IMG/VR virus record: IMGVR_UViG_3300048063_000359 | Span: 1 to 26,375 of that record | From: a virus | Taxonomy: Duplodnaviria; Caudoviricetes | DNA length: 26,375 bases | Reading direction: 5' to 3' (one strand) | In this document: positions 7,600 through 15,500 of the stretch, piece by piece | Numbering within the stretch: the first letter of the stretch is position 1 | Layout of the letters: every line of letters begins with the position of its first letter | The notes under the pieces: generated by a model | Seen by the model: only the letters and a program-made list of their open reading frames with translations | Databases searched by the model: none | What the model was told of the DNA's origin: nothing | Program-made: the position numbers and the translations under genes

Positions 7600-10500
7600 T
7601 TAAACCATCACTGCTCTAATGTTGCGGATTTTAGGCCTGCCAGCAGCCGACCCACTTAGGTTGAGTTTCACAGATGTTGCAGACAAAGCCGCAATTCCTG
7701 TGTCCTCAAAAACGTATTCCACCCAGCCGTCACCCACTTGCGTGGCTGAGCCAAGCGCCATCGATTGATAACCCCCGTTGTCGTACTGGGGAACGACGCC
7801 AGCGCCGCCGTTCAGTTGAGCTTCAAAGATGATCCGAATTGTCGAACCACCCGCAGCAACGTCAAACTGCCGGCCCACATAAGTGCCCGCAGTGTCGAGC
7901 GTCGCGGGGATGCTCAAAACTCCGGGGTGAAGTGTGGGGCTCTCGGTTGCGGTGCCTTCAAGGATGGCTTGCACTTGCATGGTGTCGCTGACCGCTGCCT
8001 CAAGCTTGATCGACTGATCAGGAGCCAGGAGGAAAGTCTCGCCAGTGCTTCGGGTGTATTTGAACGTAACCCGTGCCGATGTCGCGGGGATGTCCACCGG
8101 AGCTGTCACCAGTAAGTCAGTCATGTTCGAGACCGTGATGCTGCCCAGGTTGATCGTTGAGGTCGTCGAGGTGAACTCAGCGCCGATCAGTTTGAAGCAC
8201 AGATCCATGTCGTTGTGAACCGTCCAGCTGGAAGCGTTGGAGCTGCTGAGCAGGACGCCAACGGTGTAAGGCTGAGCCGTAACAAACTCATTCGCCACCG
8301 CGTCATATTTGCCGAGCTCGGCAATGCGGACGGCGTGTGATGCGTCGTCGGTCATCAGAACGAGGAAATACTCGCGGCCGGCTTCCAGATAAATTGGGAA
8401 GTCGAAAGTTGCGCGGGTGTATCCAGTGGTTGAGATGTCCGCACCTGGAATCCGTGTGCGAGTGATTGCCTGACGACTTGGGAAACCGTTGTCGCCTTCG
8501 ACAATCTCGATGGTCACGTCGTTGCTGTCTGAGCCCTTGACCGCAAACTGCAAATCAAGCGCCGTAACGTGGCGGCCCTCAGGCAACACGAACGACTGAG
8601 CCAGGGGATCCCAGTTGCGACGTGGGGGTGGTGGGCTCCACCATCTCCAGGTCGTGGTTGTGGTGATGCTGTTCCATTCCCTGTTGACCAAGGTTCCTTG
8701 ACCCGTGAAAATGGCCGAGCCAAAATTCCCTTGGTTGCCCAGGAAGTCGACGGACTTAGAACCGGCAGGAATGTCAGCGGGAACAGTGAACGTTCCAGTT
8801 ACGTGGCCTTGACCGTCGGCGACTTCGCCGTTGTTGCCGAGGTCGATCCCGTCAAAGGTGACAGAAACCAGACTTTCGCCTGAGTCAAATCCAACAATTG
8901 AAAAATCGACAGCAGTCTGTCTCAGGTTTGAGATGTTGGTCTCTACTTCAGAGGCAAGCTCGACGACTGTCGCAGTGGCAGAAGCGGAACGATCACCAGA
9001 TCCAATCGTGAATGACCGGGTGCTGAACGTGGTGTTTTCCTCTGTGATAACCCACAAGTCAACGGCTGGATCAAGCTCGATGTCGGCAGGGACGGCGTCA
9101 AAGTTCCCGTATGGGTTGACAGCCATGAACCCGGTAAACAACTCTTGCGTGATCAGCTCCACGTCCTGATAGGGCAGAAGCTGATGAGTCGTATTGTTTT
9201 GGGCAGCCCTTACGGGTGCGCCATTAACAGCGAGCTGCAGTTCTTGATTCACAATGACGGCATCCTGCGCCACGCCTGCATCCCTAAGATCTCCATCGAG
9301 AAGAGGATCAGCGAAAACGCCATATTTTGCCGTGGGCTCCCGTGAGCTGATGTCACGCTGCAAGCGCTCCTCAGCAATCACGCCGTAGAGCTCAGCGATT
9401 GCGTTTTTCATCTGGCGCTGTTCGCGCACCGAGATGACTTTTACGCCGTTGTTGTCGACAACTGGATTGTCGACTGAATGCCAGTTTTGCTTGTACTCAG
9501 CAATCTGCAGTTCGTTATATGGAACTTGTGGGGCGATCGGATTGAAAGCAGTCGAGACACCTCGGACCCGGTGAAGGTATCCATATTGATCGACCGTAAT
9601 TGCGTCGATCCTTGGCATCTTCCAGCTGTAATCAACTAGGACCAAAGTCGAAGCGACCGCGCCGGTAACGTCAAACGCGCCAGAATCTGGGTCGATGTTC
9701 GTGGCCGTGGTGCTGGTCAGGAACCGATATGTCACGTCATAGGTTGAACCGGGGGCCACCTCAGCGCCTGAGGGGGTCCAGTCCACTTGGTCAGCCGTCA
9801 GGTTGTAATCAGTGCCGGCGGCGTAAGTTGTGCCGGACTGGCTGACGCTTTGGATGCTTAGAACAGAAGTGTCAGGGAGTTGATCCAAGGCGCCGCTAAA
9901 GCTGCCATGCGTCAAGGTGACTGTCTTTTCTTCAGTGATCACCACATCGTTGATGGTGCTCAATGGAAAGCGGTTGACGTTCAGCGTGTGAGCTGAGGTT
10001 CCGGTCGAAACCTTTGGCTCGTTGTTGATCGTTTCCAGGTCTGGATCGATCGGATAGCTGACAGAAACTGATGTCGGCTTGTTGATCTTATTGCCGTGGA
10101 CGTTTGCGACGCCCTCAGCAGCTGTGAAAACGTAATTCGATTGGGTCGTGTCTTTGCCCAGGCTGGTGACGCGCAAGCCGCTGACGATGTAAGAACCGTT
10201 TGCGTCGCGGTCATAGCTGGCAATCAGGGCTTTTGCTGCGTCCAGAACGGGCGGCGCTTCTGTCGTTACGAGCGCACCGTTCAGCACGTCATAGACGCCG
10301 TAGAAGTCACCTGTCCCGCCATCTCCAGACCAAGCCCAAGCCAGTTCGCGCTTGGTGCGGCCTGCGCCGGGTTCCTGGTAGTTGCGTGTTCCTGTCGCAG
10401 GATCGCGCAGGCTTGCGTCTTCGAGCTCGGTGACGGTGGTCGTTGTTAGACGAACGCCGATCTGAAAGCTTCCAGTCGTTGGGACTGTGAAACTTGCCTC

Positions 10501-10764
10501 AGCAACTGTGCGAACAGCGCCTAAGACGTAAAGACTGCCGTACTGCAAAACAGCCGCGCCCGTAGTCGCGTCGACTTGTGCTGATCCGCCGCTGATAATC
10601 GCGCCATCTTGAAAAAGGCTGTTCGCGATGTTTGTGATCCTGTCAGAAAGGATCGACTGACTTTCATTCAGTTCCGCAGATTGCAGGCCTTTGCTTGCAC
10701 GGAAAAGCAGCTCGTCATATTTGTCTGACGATGAAAATCGGTTGTAATAACCCTGTAGGCTCAT
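7600..10764 (-). CDS. Large baseplate/tail structural protein (DUF4815-like)
   Basis: 1054 aa: YYNRF...YDELLFRASKGLQSAELNE, DYSWKMPRID, GVFADPLLD..LRD, VNPY, DPLAQSF, YTVGVLLSSSNASSWT. Lies in the baseplate cluster. Confidence 0.8.
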   Translation of the reverse strand: MSLQGYYNRFSSSDKYDELLFRASKGLQSAELNESQSILSDRITNIANSLFQDGAIISGGSAQVDATTGAAVLQYGSLYVLGAVRTVAEASFTVPTTGSFQIGVRLTTTTVTELEDASLRDPATGTRNYQEPGAGRTKRELAWAWSGDGGTGDFYGVYDVLNGALVTTEAPPVLDAAKALIASYDRDANGSYIVSGLRVTSLGKDTTQSNYVFTAAEGVANVHGNKINKPTSVSVSYPIDPDLETINNEPKVSTGTSAHTLNVNRFPLSTINDVVITEEKTVTLTHGSFSGALDQLPDTSVLSIQSVSQSGTTYAAGTDYNLTADQVDWTPSGAEVAPGSTYDVTYRFLTSTTATNIDPDSGAFDVTGAVASTLVLVDYSWKMPRIDAITVDQYGYLHRVRGVSTAFNPIAPQVPYNELQIAEYKQNWHSVDNPVVDNNGVKVISVREQRQMKNAIAELYGVIAEERLQRDISSREPTAKYGVFADPLLDGDLRDAGVAQDAVIVNQELQLAVNGAPVRAAQNNTTHQLLPYQDVELITQELFTGFMAVNPYGNFDAVPADIELDPAVDLWVITEENTTFSTRSFTIGSGDRSASATATVVELASEVETNISNLRQTAVDFSIVGFDSGESLVSVTFDGIDLGNNGEVADGQGHVTGTFTVPADIPAGSKSVDFLGNQGNFGSAIFTGQGTLVNREWNSITTTTTWRWWSPPPPRRNWDPLAQSFVLPEGRHVTALDLQFAVKGSDSNDVTIEIVEGDNGFPSRQAITRTRIPGADISTTGYTRATFDFPIYLEAGREYFLVLMTDDASHAVRIAELGKYDAVANEFVTAQPYTVGVLLSSSNASSWTVHNDMDLCFKLIGAEFTSTTSTINLGSITVSNMTDLLVTAPVDIPATSARVTFKYTRSTGETFLLAPDQSIKLEAAVSDTMQVQAILEGTATESPTLHPGVLSIPATLDTAGTYVGRQFDVAAGGSTIRIIFEAQLNGGAGVVPQYDNGGYQSMALGSATQVGDGWVEYVFEDTGIAALSATSVKLNLSGSAAGRPKIRNIRAVMV

Positions 10765-10776
10765 GGTTTTTTTCCT

Positions 10777-11265
10777 TTAGAAGGTCAAGACAAACTCGAA
10801 CGTTTCCCGCGTCGCAGGCGTTCTGATGATCGATGAAACGTGCTCCAGAAGATAAAGAGTTCCCGAGCTGGTCACCTCGGTGGCAGCATCAAAAAACATC
10901 TGCCCAGAGGGCAACCCGCTGCCGGTGATTACATCAAGAAAGATACCGGTCTCTCTGATGGTTGCAGTTGACGCATCCGCAAAATCCAAAGTGAATTTGC
11001 AATAAAGCAGATTGGTGTCTGCTGAGCTCACGTCATATCGGCCACTGGGGAGACTAATCGCCCCCTGAGCGGCACTGCTTACAAAATCGACTTGAGCCGC
11101 CTTTCGGTAGCCAATCGCATCTTGCAAGGCTGTCGATGAAATGCTCTCGGGGTCGACCCCGGCGGCATCCCATGCGGTTTGGCCTGCGCCAATACCTAGA
11201 AAAATGTTTCGGGCTTTTACAGAGGCAGCTAATCCCGCCCGCCCTGTGGTTACAAGTGTGGCCAA
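10777..11265 (-). CDS. Stand-alone tail collar / fibre-anchor-like protein
   Basis: TTG start with a strong AAAGGAGGTGA RBS. LVTTGRAGLA..LGIGAG..ALQDAIG..IRETGIF resembles the N-terminal baseplate-attachment domain of P2 gpH-type fibres. Confidence 0.65.
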   Translation of the reverse strand: MATLVTTGRAGLAASVKARNIFLGIGAGQTAWDAAGVDPESISSTALQDAIGYRKAAQVDFVSSAAQGAISLPSGRYDVSSADTNLLYCKFTLDFADASTATIRETGIFLDVITGSGLPSGQMFFDAATEVTSSGTLYLLEHVSSIIRTPATRETFEFVLTF

Positions 11266-11283
11266 GGGCTCACCTCCTTTGAT

Positions 11284-11296
11284 GTTTGCATTATAT
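11284..11296 (-). promoter_or_regulatory. Putative late promoter motif ATATAATGCAAAC
   Basis: Perfect TATAAT in a 39-bp intergenic gap; 11/13 identical to the motif at 20839-20851. Confidence 0.45.
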
Positions 11297-11304
11297 GGGC
11301 TTGG

Positions 11305-13875
11305 TTAAGTATGGGTCTCATGGACCGCCTCAACCACAAGGCTGGCGATTTGCCACCTTGCCATTCTGACCCACATCTGATGTGTGGCCCAGGTTGTTGG
11401 ATCTCCATCCAACCAGTTTTCTGTGTCCCAGATAGACACACTTCCCTCGGCCCATTCGTCTGAGGTCCAAGATGCCGAGCTCCATTCGTTTGTAGCGTCG
11501 CCAGTCCATACCGATGTTGCCACGGTCCAACCGGCCATTGCGTTGCCGGCCCAATATCCATCGGCCCAGGTGGGCTCGACATAAAGCTCGACGGTTGTCT
11601 GAACTGTTCTTGTGTGTTGGCGCGTCGTGAAGCTTTGGCGGTTCTCTGTTGCCTGCGCGAAGTGATCGCGCTCGAAGCGTTCCGAGAACTCGAAGCCCAA
11701 GACCGCGTCGGTCTCGCTGAGTCCGTCTGTCGCATCTGACAAATACTGATGAGACTGATGGAAGCCGAGAACGTGCTCAAGCTGCGGGAAGACTTGCCAG
11801 CCATAAGCCTCGTACCAAGTGGGCTCGGCGGCGGCGTCGTAGTAGCCACCGCTCTGCCAATCGCCAGAGGTCCAGTCTGGGCTGGTGTCGTTCCAGCCAG
11901 AGGCTTGGAAGAATTGCAGGTTTCCGGTGTAACCATGCTCACGGGTGATCGCCTGTTCGTTGAACAGTGGAATGTGCTCGCTGAGCCGGGTTCGTGACAG
12001 TTCAAAGAGGTCGTCGTAAGCGAGGGTCGCAAACCGCTCGCGCAGGTGATACCAGAAGCCGCCGGGGTTGTGAGCCGCCGAGGTTGTCTGATGGCTGCGC
12101 TCGATCCGCTCGTCTTCAAAGTGTCCAAGGGTTGCGTGAGTGTCGCCCAGGATCCCGTCAGAGTCGGAAAGATGCCCGTTCTCTGAAAGGGTGAGCATCG
12201 TGCGGCTGAAGCCGAGGATCTGCTCAAGCTGTGGAAACCGTCGCCATGAATAGGTGTTGGCCCAAGTGTCTGTGTCCGCGTTGACAAAGTATTCACCGGT
12301 CTGCCATGTCTCGGTGTTCCAGGTGTCGCCTTGAGTAAGGCTGTCGAAGTAGCTCGCGACAGTCTCCCAGGTGCCAGCGGCTTCAGTGCCCCAGGTGCTC
12401 TCGGTGTCTTGCCACTGATCAGACTGCTGTTCAAACTGTTCGGCGCTTGTGGTGTGGTCCCGGCTGATCGCTTGCTCGTTAATGAGCGGCGTGAATTCTG
12501 AAAGGCGCGAACGGGACAGCTCGAAACTGTCGTCGTAAGCGTTGAAATAGGTGTGCTCGCGATGCGTCGGAACAATCTCTGCGCTGCTGACGCCCAATAG
12601 GTGCCCGGCACCATCGCCAAAAATGTGATCGGTAACGTCCTGGCGGTTGTTGCGCTGCCAGTTCCCTTGGCGCATGTTCCCGGCGGGAATATGCGTGACG
12701 TGCGGGAGAACGTTTGTCGAGTCGTGCGCTGTGTACGCCTGCCCATGAGTGAGCGGGAAGATTTCGGTTTGGGTTTGATATTGGCCAACCCAAAGAGAAC
12801 CGAATTCTTTTCCTCTCTCGATCCGTTCGTTGATCTCGGTGAACTCAACCCGTGAGAGGTGCTCGCTGAGGATGTGCTCGCCTGTGGCTGAGTCTGCTTC
12901 TGAAAGCAGAATTGCGCCGTCGCCAAACTCGTCCAGAGATCGCGCAGGGAAGCAGGCGTTCGTGTCGCCCAGTTCTGCATAATCGCTGAGATACATCCCA
13001 GCGCGGGCGAACTTGAGAGCGGGCGTAAATTTGTTTTGCAGCCCGGCCCAGTCCAGAACCTGGGTGTAGTCATAAAGACTTGACCAGTCGCCGGCATTGT
13101 TCCACCAAGGCCCGGAGACGCTGAAATGGAGCCGCGAAATAACAGACGAAAGATCCTCGATGTGGAGCGTTCGCCAGCTGGTGTCGCCCAGGATTGAGTT
13201 GCTGAGGATCGTTCGATCTTCATATCGGCCGCTGATCCCAGTGGCGCGATGAATGCCAAGGATTGCCGCCAGGTCGCCGGAAATGTCGCCCTGTTCGTCC
13301 TTAAATTCGCGCCCGAAACTAAGCTGAGGCCATTCACTTTTGAGATATACCCCTGTGTGGTCGCAGAGAGTATCGAGGCCGCTGAGCTGGTGATTGTCTA
13401 GCTGAAAGCGTCGCCCGTCATACCATCCGCCATATATGCGAAACAGTGAAGATCGAACCGGGGAAGAGAGCCGGCCAATCTCTACAACTGAATCAGTCTG
13501 TGACAGGTCAACCGGGGCACTGTCGAGCCCTAGTTGGAACTGTGACCAGTTGATCGTATTTCCTTCTGATTCCTCGATCGTCCCGTCGTTTCCGATCCAG
13601 CCCAAAGCGATACTGAAACTCTTTGGCGTGCCGCGTAATCGCTGCCAGAGAACACCTGTACTGATCGCCGTTCTAGGGTCGGATAGGTAGGGGAGGAGCT
13701 CGCCTAGCCCATACTCGTAAAGCAGAAAAGGAACAACGCTGTCGGGAATGTTTTCCCGCTTTGCATCACGGATCAGCTCAGCCGCTGCGCCCAGGCGCGG
13801 CAGTGCATCCATCGAGCTTGAAAGATCTCTCTCAAGCCCGGTCGACGAACTAGGTAGCAGCAGAGCGTCAGTCAT
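11305..13875 (-). CDS. Baseplate wedge protein, P2 gpI-like, with long Trp-rich repeated extension
   Basis: N-terminal LLPSSSTGLERDL..IPDSVVPFLLYEYGL..WQRLRGTP..LSSPVRS is gpI-like; directly after J (TGATG overlap). 856 aa. Confidence 0.82.
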   Translation of the reverse strand: MTDALLLPSSSTGLERDLSSSMDALPRLGAAAELIRDAKRENIPDSVVPFLLYEYGLGELLPYLSDPRTAISTGVLWQRLRGTPKSFSIALGWIGNDGTIEESEGNTINWSQFQLGLDSAPVDLSQTDSVVEIGRLSSPVRSSLFRIYGGWYDGRRFQLDNHQLSGLDTLCDHTGVYLKSEWPQLSFGREFKDEQGDISGDLAAILGIHRATGISGRYEDRTILSNSILGDTSWRTLHIEDLSSVISRLHFSVSGPWWNNAGDWSSLYDYTQVLDWAGLQNKFTPALKFARAGMYLSDYAELGDTNACFPARSLDEFGDGAILLSEADSATGEHILSEHLSRVEFTEINERIERGKEFGSLWVGQYQTQTEIFPLTHGQAYTAHDSTNVLPHVTHIPAGNMRQGNWQRNNRQDVTDHIFGDGAGHLLGVSSAEIVPTHREHTYFNAYDDSFELSRSRLSEFTPLINEQAISRDHTTSAEQFEQQSDQWQDTESTWGTEAAGTWETVASYFDSLTQGDTWNTETWQTGEYFVNADTDTWANTYSWRRFPQLEQILGFSRTMLTLSENGHLSDSDGILGDTHATLGHFEDERIERSHQTTSAAHNPGGFWYHLRERFATLAYDDLFELSRTRLSEHIPLFNEQAITREHGYTGNLQFFQASGWNDTSPDWTSGDWQSGGYYDAAAEPTWYEAYGWQVFPQLEHVLGFHQSHQYLSDATDGLSETDAVLGFEFSERFERDHFAQATENRQSFTTRQHTRTVQTTVELYVEPTWADGYWAGNAMAGWTVATSVWTGDATNEWSSASWTSDEWAEGSVSIWDTENWLDGDPTTWATHQMWVRMARWQIASLVVEAVHETHT
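11660..13224 (-). repeat. Three diverged tandem protein modules inside the gpI-like gene
   Basis: Modules start YEDRTILSNSILGD (13224), YDDSFELSRSRLSE (12537) and YDDLFELSRTRLSE (12018). Each has a Trp-rich stretch and ends ERIER/ERIERSH/ERFERDH. Confidence 0.75.
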
Positions 13876-14858
13876 CAGCGGTCGTATCCCAGATTTGTGA
13901 CGGTGAACGTTCCAATGCTTATGGCGGTGCCATCATCGGCGACTTGGTTTGTTGTCGGTGAAATTAACTCAACGCGCTGAACGCCATCAACGTGGATATT
14001 TTTAATCAGCCAGGACAAAGTCAAATCCCAACCAAGGCCACCCTCAGACTGAATCGCGGCCCTAATCGCCGCCTCAATGCCATTCAAAACTGTCGCCGAG
14101 CTGTCTGGGTAGAGATAAACCTCAGCCACCACGTTGACGCTCACGACGTTGGCTGACGTGGTCGTAACCGAGTCAGTGATCACCCGGACCTCGTCGTCTT
14201 GCATCACAGCATCAACCGCCGTCAACATTTGAGGCGTGGCGGTTCCGCCGGGGCCGGCTGCGTCGATCACCGCACGGATCAAAGGCGCAGCGGTCGAATC
14301 TTTTAGCCCGGTCGTGTCGACGCCATAAAAAGTTGCAAGCACAGACATCGCAGCGCTGAGCGTGTTTTCATCTGTGCCCAGAGCTTCCAGGTTTTCGATC
14401 TCTTTGCTGAGCAAGGCGACCTGTACTAGGCCAGCGCCGGGGCTTGTCACCCGCGCGTCTCTCACGCCTGAGTCTGCGGTCAGTGCTTGATATCGATACC
14501 AGGCCGCGCCGCCTGCGGTCGAGCTGCCCTGAATTCTGTTGATCGTGCGATCTTTCAATTCTGCGTCTGTTTCCTGCGCGATCCGTGTGAGGCCATAAAA
14601 AGCCGCCAGGTTGTCCAGGTCTGTGCCAGCCGCAAAAGCCAAAAGCGTCGCTTTAAAGGCATCGTTCACGCGGGCGCGTAGAACCACCTCGCGATAAGCC
14701 GCGACCTCTAGCAGCTTGATCGCTGGATCGCTCTCGACTAAGGCTGAGAAGTCTGGAAAGCGTGTAGAGAAATCAGCGCGCAGTTCGTTGAAAATCGTCT
14801 GAAAACTGACGGTCTCGACAATCGCCGGATCTGGCAGGGATGAAAGATTTAACGCCAT
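13875..14858 (-). CDS. Baseplate assembly protein J (P2 gpJ / Mu gp47 family)
   Basis: LSSLPDPAIVE, LVESDPAIKLLEVAAYRE, AGTDLDNLAAFYG, STAGGAAWY, VRVITDSV, GVQRVEL. Confidence 0.95.
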   Translation of the reverse strand: MALNLSSLPDPAIVETVSFQTIFNELRADFSTRFPDFSALVESDPAIKLLEVAAYREVVLRARVNDAFKATLLAFAAGTDLDNLAAFYGLTRIAQETDAELKDRTINRIQGSSTAGGAAWYRYQALTADSGVRDARVTSPGAGLVQVALLSKEIENLEALGTDENTLSAAMSVLATFYGVDTTGLKDSTAAPLIRAVIDAAGPGGTATPQMLTAVDAVMQDDEVRVITDSVTTTSANVVSVNVVAEVYLYPDSSATVLNGIEAAIRAAIQSEGGLGWDLTLSWLIKNIHVDGVQRVELISPTTNQVADDGTAISIGTFTVTNLGYDR

Positions 14859-15199
14859 TAGATGGTTACTCCTCTAAGGGCGATCGCCTCGCCGTTTGGC
14901 AAATAAGTTAGAAACAGATCAAAAGTGATCGAACCGGACGCCAGCACCTCAGACAAGACGACTTGATCAATTCTCATTCGAGGTTCCCAAATGTTTAAGG
15001 CGTTGATCACGTCCGCCTTAATTGCGGCGATCGTCGAGCGGTTGATCGGTTGGTCGACTAGCTCGGGGATGTTGCTCCCATAATCGCGCAGCATCGTGCG
15101 CGTGCCTATGCGCGTTGAAAGAATGTCGCGAATTGATTGGCGCAGGTGATCCGCATCCGAAAGCGGCTTTCCTGTCTCCCTGTTCATTCCTACTGCCAT
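14858..15199 (-). CDS. Baseplate wedge / sheath initiator (P2 gpW / T4 gp25 family)
   Basis: GMNRETGKPL..HLRQSIRDILSTRIGTRTMLRDYGS..LVDQP..WEPR; GGAGG RBS. Confidence 0.96.
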   Translation of the reverse strand: MAVGMNRETGKPLSDADHLRQSIRDILSTRIGTRTMLRDYGSNIPELVDQPINRSTIAAIKADVINALNIWEPRMRIDQVVLSEVLASGSITFDLFLTYLPNGEAIALRGVTI

Positions 15200-15215
15200 T
15201 TTTAAGCCTCCAGAC

Positions 15216-15491
15216 TTAAGCGTTTACATCGCCGGATGCTGTGGCCACTACGGCCCCGCAACTGGTAGGGCTGAGCCGGTGGGCAATTGGGATCCCGCCA
15301 ACTCTCACGCTCGGGTTGCCGCCAACAATTACGGTCGGCCCGTGCGAAGGCGTACCGCTTGGGCAAAAAATAGCTGTCCCTACGTGAGCCGTCGGTCGGT
15401 CGTTCGTGAGAACGCTTGTATTCACAGGAGCTGCCAAAACCCCCCCGTGGGTTGTGATGTCCCCTAATCGTGCCACGCCTTTAATGCTCAT
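15216..15491 (-). CDS. PAAR-domain spike tip protein
   Basis: 91 aa with three PAAR-like repeats (VARLGD, PTAHVG, PIAHRLS) and THGG / CP..SHG / TSCGA putative metal ligands; adjacent to the spike gene. Confidence 0.92.
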   Translation of the reverse strand: MSIKGVARLGDITTHGGVLAAPVNTSVLTNDRPTAHVGTAIFCPSGTPSHGPTVIVGGNPSVRVGGIPIAHRLSPTSCGAVVATASGDVNA

Positions 15492-15500
15492 CGGGTTTCC

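Noticed and set aside
5327-13875. Diversity-generating retroelement targeting the adhesin, fibre or gpI repeats
   Set aside because: No reverse transcriptase is present in the window, and I found no near-identical repeat pair differing only at adenines. The gpI repeats are diverged at all bases and in-frame.
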